A stretch of 64,000 nucleotides of DNA from Haliotis rubra (lineage: Eukaryota). Position numbers and translations under genes: made by a program. The stretch is from assembly GCF_003918875.1 (NCBI RefSeq), contig NW_025767188.1:62001-126000 (forward strand). The letters run 5' to 3'. Positions 54,539 to 64,000 of this stretch are shown here, piece after piece. How positions within the stretch are numbered: position 1 is the first letter of the stretch; each line of letters opens with the position of its first letter. The notes beneath the pieces are model-generated. The model did no database searches, was not told the origin of the DNA, and worked only from the letters and a program-made list of their open reading frames with translations.

Positions 54539-55915
54539 TGTGGCAGAGACCTTTTTGTATATCTGAGTATTATGAACCCTTTGCGCCAGTTAGCTTTTAA
54601 GTATTGTAAATAATCGTTAATTCTCTAGCTTTTTTTTATCATCCAACAGGCGCTGACATATCCAATTTAAACATATAATTTAATATATTGCTTTGTTTCC
54701 GCTCACTATAGTAGCTGAAATGAAATAGTTCATAATTCATGTACTTTTGTTAGGTTTCTTGATTTCAGCTCATATCAGCGCTGAAACAATTCATATACTT
54801 AATCGCTTAGTTTTAATAATACAATCAATAGTGTCTACTCAACCATGACCATACGTTACGATTGGTCCATTCAAACCTGCATGCTTTTTCTATGTCTGAA
54901 CACCTCGCACCCTCACACGTCATATCGTCACCAGACACGACTGACAACACTTGTGTGACACATGTAACTATCTTCAATGTGTAATCTTAAACACATCATA
55001 TATTAAATAAGGGTAATTAATGCCGTAGTTAGCGTGTGTTGTAAACGGCACGCGGGTAAACGCAAAGTTTTTGTTTTAATGTGTATCATATCTTCCCCTT
55101 TAAACGTAAATAACATTCAATAACTATAAAGCGAGGCATTGTGAGAATGTTTTGTGTAGGAATGTTGTCTCATTGTTGTTATCGCAGTTTGCACAAGGTG
55201 AGGTGAGGTGAGTTTTACGTTGTGCTTGAGCATATTTCGCTCATATGACGACGTGCATGTATGTGTGGCTGCTTGTACTAGCCCAGATTTAAGCCGGTTT
55301 TATAGTGCTAGCCCACTGAGATACCATGCCGCAGTGAAGCATGAATACCCGACTCAGACACATTATACTGACTCCGAGCCGACCAGTCCTTGTACCCATT
55401 AATGCCGAGCGCCAGGCAGGGACCAACAAGTACCATATTTTAAGGTCTTTTGGCATGACGCGGTCGGGGATCGAACCCGCGACCTTCCGCTCTCGGGGCG
55501 GACGCTCTAACCACTTTACCACGGAGGCGGTCTCTAAACACAATGTAGTGATGGGTGCTACAGCACTCGTACATCGGGTAGCTTTGGATTGGCCATCCGA
55601 TGCTGCTCGTATGTTTCCGAGTGTGATCGGGGCACGTGATCAACTTACCCGCAGAGTCTGACAGATGACAATTAGGAGATCAAGAGGAGACACTGACGAC
55701 TACGGACACGAATACTTCGCAGAACCCTATAAAGTTGATCTCCCAACTCATCATCGCTTACGAAGCAAGGTAAGCGCCTTTCCCTATCACCTGGCTTTCA
55801 CAACAACAAATAATGGCAAAGTATCTCAATCGAAGGTTTTATAGAGTATCAAATATATCTTTCCATGCTTAACATTATGTCTATATGGACAGTTTACACT
55901 GAATCGGTTTGGTTT
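54539..55915 (+). mobile_element. Left part of the solo-LTR-like element, with nested SINE C
   Basis: Starts TGTGGC after TSD TGTT; about 55173-55915 is nearly identical to about 39913-40728. Confidence 0.65.
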
Positions 55916-56169
55916 TGATCACAACCTATGTTATTTCCAGTACTCCATCGTCTGCTATGGCAGCCCAGACACAAACACGGCCCCTGTGCCATACATAGAG
56001 TATGTAATGTGCCGGACAATACTGTTTATAACATGTATATATATCATTCTAACATAAAGAATCATCGTTCTGTTATAGTGCAAATATTTCATAAATATTT
56101 CACACACAAAAATATAATAACTATGATATGAAATTTATATGAATTCACAAAGGTACCTATGTTGTGATT

Positions 56170-58154
56170 TTTATTAGGCTTCATTGGCCAACTTTCAAAA
56201 TCTTTGTTTGGCACAGACTGCAACATCTAAGGATGTCAACATCTTAGCCAAACACATCAATGCACTAACCAAGCACGAATCACTGTTAGGCAATGTATTA
56301 ACAGAGCATGAACACAAATTGACCTCGATAATGGCAAATGAAGATACTCGATTTTCAAATGCTCTTAAAGGCATAAAAATCAATCATGAGGCAATAAAAT
56401 ATGCTACAGCAAGCATTAAAGCTTCATACACCAATCTTCAAAATGCATAATATATGTATCCTTATCATCAGTCTTGCTTCACCAAATTGAGCAAGCTGCA
56501 CTTATTGAGCATAAATGGCAGGAGTTTAAACTAGGAACCTTAGATCTGCGAAAAGGCAAACTTTCACCACTGTTAATTTCCCCTGCAATCATTAGCAAAA
56601 CTATCAATCACATTCAACATCTTCTTAAAAGTAAATATAAGTGATTCAAATTGTTACAAACTGATCTACAGTTTTATTACAATAATTCTAATTTCTTGTA
56701 TGCCAGGACAAAATCAAACAAACTATACGTTACTGTCAAATTTCCATTGGCACCATCTGATGTTTCCTTTAAACTGTACAAACTCATTTCAATGTCAGTT
56801 CCTGTAAATGAGTCTACTAGCCATTCTACACAACTACTTAATCTGCAACCTTTTCTTGCAACTGCTCTTAACCAGCAATATTTCACAACTCTTAATTTGG
56901 ATCAGGTTTCTCAATGTTATGGCACTTCTACCTTACACTGTCCCTTTAGACTAACCCTAGCCACCAGAACACAAACGTCCTGTGAAATGGCATTATACCG
57001 TAATAGCAAAGCGGAAGTCAAAGCACAGTGTAATTTTAGGTTCCTTCAGCAGGAACAAAAGTCACAACTAATTGAAATAACCCCCTCCAAATTACTTGTC
57101 TATAACTCTCCATTACTAACCCTCACTTGCCCTGATGGTCAACGAATCATCACAGGTTGTTCCTTTTGCATGGTCGCACTGCCATGCTTATGTTCTGTCT
57201 CAACAGAGAATCTCGTCTTTCCTGCTCATCCAGGAACTTGTCAAAACCTTACTCACGAGGATATCAGCTACCTACATCTACTACAGCACTTTTTCGAGGA
57301 ATCAACTTTAGATACTATTTCTGGTATACCTTATATAATGAACCAGTTCAAGTCACGATTCCTGATTTTCATCTTTACACGAATCAGTTTTCGAAAGTTA
57401 TTGCTAATGATCATAAGGATCACCTTAGTCTTAAGCGTATGGCTAAGAGTGTTAAAAAGAATGAGGTTATCTTTCAAAGTTTGACTGACTCTCTCTTGGG
57501 TGGTAAAATTAATGTAAAATCGTCCTGGTTAGACCTAAGTTCTATTATCCCTATAGTTGCTGCAGTACTATCAGTCCTAGCCATAGCTGCAATTATTTGG
57601 ATGTTCTTCAAGATCAGAGGTTTAACTGTCACTATCACCATTCTTCAAGCTACTGTATCAGTTAACTCTACCCCCATCCCCTCATTCGAATATCATAACC
57701 CAACCCCACAACCACCCAGCAATATGTACCCAATACTTAATACCATGTATGACCACATTCAGATGATATTTGTTTTCATATCATTTGTACTAATTTTGAT
57801 TATTTTATATAAATTATTTACCAAGAAATCACACCACACCCTCATTTTGTTGGAACTTACTTCCGGCTCATTATGTGAAGTAGTGCCAATAATGCCCTTT
57901 CATTGTGTCCGTCATACTTGGACATTTGCCCACCTTCCGTTATCAAAAACCTGTATCCATCAAGTTACCTTAGACCTACTCTCAATGTAACTTGGCCGAA
58001 TTTTCGAATTGCAAACAAGCTTACCCAGCAATCATTAAAAATTCCCCTTTCAGTAAAAATCTCACCTTTTATGGCAAGACGTATAAACGTCATACTCTCT
58101 CAGCCTTTTGCCGAAAACATCCTCATCTCTCACCATGGTCTATATGAAGTCTAG
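56170..58154 (+). pseudogene. env: Envelope fusion glycoprotein, baculovirus F / errantivirus env-like (F1 part), with stops and frameshifts
   Basis: Fusion-peptide-like LLGFIGQLSKSLFGT-ATSKDV, heptad region, Cys cluster (QCYG..HCP..SCE..QCNF..CPDG..GCSFCMVALPCLCSV), TM helix IIPIVAAVLSVLAIAAIIWMFF, then PPT and LTR. Confidence 0.75.
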
Positions 58155-58684
58155 ATTATCATTACAACATATTTCTTACCATGCATTGTGTTACACCTTG
58201 TATCATTATGTACGAACCTTATCAATTTGGTTCCATATAGAAGTGTATTATGTTATGTACATAATTTTTGTAAACAATATTCTCATAGATGATTATTTTT
58301 GCTTTTGAGGACAAAAGCTTCTCGCGACAGAGGGGTATTGTTATAGTGCAAATATTTCACTCATATTTCACACACAAAAATATAATAACTATGATATGAC
58401 ATTTATATGAATTCCCAAAAGTAACTATGTTGTGATTTTCCGTACACAAACGAGAGTAACTCACTCAGGTTGTAAAATACATGCCGCCAGACATGGACAT
58501 ACTGTAGACAATAGATAACGGTTTGCACGGCAGTTACCGGCTGCACGTCACTTCCTGATTGACACGCTGACCACGTAATGATAATCCCACAGGCAAGTCG
58601 GCGGTCAATCTGAAATGCTTCTGGCTAAATGAAACGGTAGCCTTGTGTTTTTATTACCACCGTCCGGTCATAGACCGATGTACG

Positions 58685-60970
58685 ACAGACAGACAGACAA
58701 AATAGTTTATTTATGTGTCACGTGAATGTACGTGTCAAAAAATGGCAACGTTAAAGAGACATAGAAAAATACAGACACCAGGCCAGATGGCCAATGAGAC
58801 ACACTAGACAATATGTGCATGAAATGTATAAAATATAAGATTAAAACATTAAAGAGTATCACGCATATGAAAGACCTAAGGAAAAAGAAAGAAATTTATA
58901 GGGATGATAGCTTATGCCGATACATACGGCTAACTAAAGCGGCCAGTGAAATAACAATACTTTCTGTTTGTAAGAGGAGTGTAGCTTGTTCAGTGTTTGA
59001 TAACTGAGCAAAAGTTGGGTATAAGATACTAGTTTTTCTAAACAAATCATATCTAAGATCAGAATAATAAGGACAGCTAACTAAGAAATGGACTTCGTCT
59101 TCGACAGCCTGACTACTACAGTGACGACAAAGCCTGTCTGCAAGTGGCGTCGCAGGACGAGAAAATCTACCACGTTCTATTTCTACTGGAAGTGTTCCAC
59201 AGCGAAGTTTACCTAGAACGCTACGGTGCCATCTGGGCAGTATAGCAGTTATGTATGGTTCTGGAGTAACAGTGTACTTAAACTGTCTATATGTGCGTAG
59301 CTTATTACCGTTGGGATTACCCTGGTCATTCCACAATTCCCGTAGCCACTCCTGATGATCTAACAACTGTATATGTTGAAATGACAAAGTCAATTCACTA
59401 CTAGACATGTGTAGCAAGTCTTGCACTGGGAGTTGCAACGATTGTAATAAAGATGACACTGTGTTATCCCATGATTTGGCTAAACGCCGTGACCAGCTGC
59501 TAATAACAGAAGGCAATCTATCAGGTCCCATACGATGCAACTTAACCCAAACCTCGTCAGGAGCGATAAGTGCTACATATGTCGTCTGCATATAATAACA
59601 AACTGAGCCTAACATCATCAATTTCAATGCCACATCCTAAACTGTTTATCTCGTGAGCAAGGTCGTTCACATATATTGAAAACCGTCGGTGACAACCCAC
59701 ACCCCTGACGAACGCCGGAGGTTACAGAGAAAATGTCTGTGTATTCATCGTTAATACGGACCCGGGCCGAGGTACTGTCATACATGGACTGAACTGCGTG
59801 TAAGAACTTCCCGTTAATGCCAAGCTGCAGTAGTTTATACCAAAGACAGTGTCTGTTTACCTTATCAAAAGCCTTCATAGCATCAATATAGCAAACAAAG
59901 GTAGACTTGTTAGCTTGTCTTCTATTTTTTATAACTGAATAAATGCTATACAAGTGCTCTAAGGTTCCACGTTTAGAGCGAAACCCATTTTGTTCATCCA
60001 CTAAAATCTTATTCGCTTCCAGCCAAGAACTAAGTCTAGAATTAAGTATATTCGCATAAATTTTACACGGGACTGATAACAAAGCTAGATGCCTCTATAT
60101 CCCAACGGGTCACGGGGGTCAGAACCGGTTTCCTAATAGGATTAATAATGCTATGACACCATGCTAGGGGGCAGATATTATTATCAAAACAGTAACTGTA
60201 AATACGAAAAAGGATATCAACGCAAGCCTTGTTCTTCAACGCCTCAGCCGGTATACAGTCGGGCCCCGCCGCCTTCTTGGGTTGTACAAGTTTTGTTAAG
60301 GTAATTGTTACGTTGTTTGAATGCAAGGAACAAAAACTTCGCTAAACGATTTAAAATACCTGAATCGTGAGATGTGCAAAGTAATACCAGTTTATCACTG
60401 GTCACATGACCGTTGTCAATTTCATTGTTTACATGACAAAAATGGGTATCACTGAAACTGGGTGATTCTTGTTTGGAAAATAAAGAGCTATAGTCATTCC
60501 GCCATTTATCAAGGACAACTGCTCCATCAGAAGATACAGAATCGTTATCAGGAATAACCTCCCAAGGAGCAGTATCTTTACGTTCTTCTGAAATACCCAA
60601 CATGCCTATGGTCTTCCAAAAACTACGAGGATTATTATCAGAGTGTTTATCTTATAGTCGTTGCTGCTCCTTCAACTGATACTCCCGTTTAGTCTTGCGT
60701 AGCTGCCTGCTTGTCGAAAGCTTTTCTATGACTGGTATAGATGTGGCGAAGTTTCCTTCGCAATACAAAAGATTTACAACGTAACCACTCACGCTCGGCA
60801 GCTTTAGCGTCATCACACAGTGACCGTAGATTCTCACTCCAATAAGGTTTATCAACTGATTTACACTTATTCAATCTAACCTTCGACCTACTAGCTGTAC
60901 AAGAGGGAACCCCATCTAATTCCGCATACATAAAGTTTAAAACATCATTAAATATCTCGTCAACATCGTC
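58685..60970 (-). mobile_element. CR1/L2-group LINE (RT fragments plus C-terminal Cys/His domain), decayed, inserted in the 3' LTR
   Basis: KAAGPDCIPAEAL, DEQNGFR, DAMKAFDKV, GVRQGCGLSP, KLRTYRQFK...LCRHC..VEDEVHFLVSC; AATAAA plus (TGTC)n tail; RT YADD region deleted. Confidence 0.88.
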
Positions 60971-62294
60971 CTATACGTTAGGCAATTTATGAGACTATTG
61001 TATCAACCAGGAACAACCCATGAAATAACAAAGGGATAATGGCGACAATAATTTACAATTGCTTTGCGTTCCTCCGATATATAAGCAGGTGCAGTTTGAC
61101 TGTCAAGTCACTCTGCATCTGAACAAACCTTGGAACGCTAGCAACTCTGATGTCATCATTATCCTGAATTCATATATTTTATTTTAAGGTAAGACATTTC
61201 CATGCGTTTCTATGTTCGTTTTATTATATGTTGAAAGTGTTTTAGGATTACTGTTTTAGATTTCGGTAACTTCAAATCATTTATATTATTGTAGATGTTC
61301 AGCTACAGGCGTGCGTTCATTTGTGTAGTTATTGTCCAATATATTGCGAAATTGTTATAATGTTTAGGAAGGGTTGAACCCCGGAAACAGGTGTACACTT
61401 ACACCTATGTAAAACTATTATGTATATTCAGGCTAATAAGAGCAGCGCTTGTATTAAAGGGAGTACGGTAGTGAGTAAATTGCACTACCGTAAAACATCT
61501 ACGAAACATCTACGATACGTGTACTAGTTAATGTTTCATTATTTTAAGCTGATGTTACCAACAGGAATCTAATGTGTTAGCTAGTGTATTTGTATCGTTG
61601 TGTGCCGTTCTCTGAACTTAAAAATATGTTCCTGTAAGGTTCTACCTGTACATAAAAATATAATGCCCAACATACGCTGATGTTTCGATAAGTATAGTGT
61701 TTATATATATGAGTACAATATGTTCGTATCAGTTATCTGTAATACTGTACCTTATCATTATTTGATGTGTTCATATATATGTATACATATGATGGAATTG
61801 AAATATTTTATAAATGTAATGTTCAAAACATGTTGATGTTCTGCGAAGCTTAATAATTATGAAGATGAATATAATATGTTCACGTCAGTCTAATGTAATA
61901 CTGTATGATTACTTTGATATGTTCATATATTGAATTGAATTGAAATGTCTTATTGAATTCACTCTGCATTTGAATAAACCTTGGAACGCTAGCAACTCTG
62001 ATGTCATCATTATCCTGAATTCATATATTTTATTTTAAAGCAAAAATTACCGTGAGACAGCGCGTTCTCAGTTCCTTTATGTTAACCTTCTAAGGTAAAT
62101 ACTGTATGCTATGCGGCGATTACCGTTTAACTTTGTTTAACTCATGTCATGAGTTATCGCCCCTGATCTTTGTAAATTTCAACCCCTCAGTGATCATGAT
62201 ATTTCTGTAATGTTTTAATGCACAGACAATATTGCCGGCGCTCATGCATTCAATCTGTATTAACATATATACTGTTAATGTACTGAATATAACA

Positions 62295-64000
62295 GACCCA
62301 CAAAAAGATAACGGTGTGACTTATTCCTGGGTGGGTGAGTGAGTGAGTGATTGTAGTTATGCAGTCATCAAGCTATATCAGAGGGGCCTGAAGTTTGTAA
62401 TCTTAACACTATCCCAGCTATAAGACTGCGACAATAAATCTTGATTCTTTACACTGCGCATTCAATGGCGATTTCAAAACACAATCACGCATTCGACATC
62501 ACTCGTCCCTTTCCGTGACATGCAAACTGTCCCTGAATGACGAGTTGATCTCGAATGAACCACGTCAACCCTGTACGGTATATCACTTCCTGTGCTCAGT
62601 TTCCCTCTACACCGGTTACCTAGGGTCTATCTCGCCTGATGATCAGTTTCCCTGCACACCGGTTACCTGGCTGTCTCAGGTAAGTGTGTTGTCACAGGGG
62701 CTGTGTCTATTCCAGTTATAACGCTACACACCTGTCCTACTGTGTACAGGTAACACTACAATGGTTCATCTAACTGTTAGGTCATCTCCAGGCACATTCT
62801 CAAATCTGGGCACCTAATATACTGCAATATTTAGACTGAGCATATTGTATGAAGTGTCTACTTTCATTAATTCCTTGATCAGCCTCTTGACTTCAATACT
62901 GAGGTCTGCTGATGTATGTGCATGTATATATATAATGTGTGTTTGCTAAACTTGTTACTGAATTGATCTCTTATAAATGCTACAGCACAAAATATGGTAA
63001 CATACCTCTACATTACCACATTATTTTACATCTAATGTATAGAAACCCGAACTAAACGTCTCCTACTTTAGATATGATAATGAGCGGGTGTCGCCATCAA
63101 CTCTGTCAGGTGATCGATATGCTCCACACGGTTCATAACTGCATGTTGTAATGCTGGTGACGACGAGTTGCAAAGATCCATTGCCGAGCTGCTCACAGAC
63201 AGGTCACTGATTCCTTGTGCTCCGTAACACCAAAACATGCCCAGTCTGTTATACTATACAATGTCATGTGGTAATGCTTGTCAACCTCAAAAGATAACAT
63301 ATTCCTAAAGCACAATAGCACAGCTCATACAACAGCACGGGGGACCGACCGCCTGACTTTCATGGCAGTGTTTCTTGAATTAAAAACCTGAACTAAATTA
63401 TGAATTAATACCTTAAACGAGCAAGGTTTGAAACCAACGAAAACAACAACATAGAAATGTGCTGTAATTAACAGTTGTATTCTAAAATTAACTAAGTTCA
63501 GAAATCAGTACAAAGGCACCACAAGTGCCCATAAACATTCGTATTGTAGCTCAACGGTTCCAGTATGTCAGGCAAAAGAGAGAATTTTGTGTTTGTGTAA
63601 ACCGTGAAATATCTGAGGGAATGTATGTTCTGTGTTTTACGTATGAAAAAGTATCCAGTATCAATATCAGGCCAGAGAAAGAATCTACAAGACTGACAGA
63701 ATCAAACCAACAGACGGTCACTTCCCTTCATCCTATATCCAGTTTCTAACGCTTCTCAAATACAGGATTGTTTGTGTATAACGTGAAATATGTGAGGGAA
63801 TGGCTGTTCCATGTTTTACGTATGACCAGAAATACAGAGCCACCCACACACGCTCACATCATACACACACAATACACACGGCCCAGTTACAACCCGTCTA
63901 CCAATGTAATCTCTCATTGATTATAGGATTTACATACAGTCGAAATTATGTTTTCATTTGTTCATTATTTCCAGAGCAGGATTTACTTGACATGGCCTTT
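62295..64000 (+). repeat. Upstream region of a further TRIM copy (copy 3); the RING exon is expected just beyond the window end
   Basis: Colinear with about 27760-29785 and 42357-43580, which end about 100 nt before the TRIM ATG. Confidence 0.85.

Larger units (their letters stand above)
56071..62294 (+). mobile_element. Internally deleted env-bearing LTR retrotransposon (Ty3/gypsy- or errantivirus-like); 5' LTR stub 56071-56170, 3' LTR 58339-62294 interrupted by a LINE
   Basis: About 100-bp direct repeat starting TGTTATAG at 56071 and 58339. PPT-like AGAGGGG precedes 58339. The element ends TATAACA at 62294, where host homology (GACCCACAAAA) resumes. TATA near 61078 and AATAAA near 61973. 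Confidence 0.7.

Overview
Eukaryotic (animal) genomic DNA, most likely a mollusc, possibly a gastropod such as abalone. That guess rests on RUDI/V-SINE-like SINEs and an expanded RING-B-box-NHL TRIM family. It is AT-rich and has four N gaps. Spliced genes I could reconstruct by hand: a DUSP3/DUPD1-like atypical dual-specificity phosphatase (+, 197 aa); a head-to-head pair of ARF/ARL-family GTPase genes, one intact (+, 192 aa) and one pseudogenised (-); and two TRIM genes (RING, 2 B-boxes, coiled coil, NHL-type beta-propeller). The last codons of a further TRIM copy are at the window start and the upstream region of another is at the window end. From about 19.7 kb onward the locus is a roughly 13-14 kb tandem unit: [ARF gene or ARF exon-1 relic] - 23-bp satellite - 22-bp satellite - TRIM promoter - TRIM gene - 84/86-bp minisatellite. 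The best candidate for a new system is this co-amplified ARF + TRIM-NHL cassette. The intact ARF gene has a dense NF-kB/CLEAR/CRE/TATA promoter, the TRIM paralogues differ most in short propeller-loop patches, and all ARF and TRIM coding introns are phase 1. Other notable items: an LTR element carrying a decayed baculovirus-F-type env, a minisatellite made of an amplified exon/5'-splice-site junction, a Penelope-type minimal hammerhead ribozyme motif, an R4/Dong-like element sitting in a TAA repeat, and Tc1, CR1/L2-type LINE, MITE and three SINE families. All calls come from manual reading; no database searches were run, and repeat boundaries are approximate.
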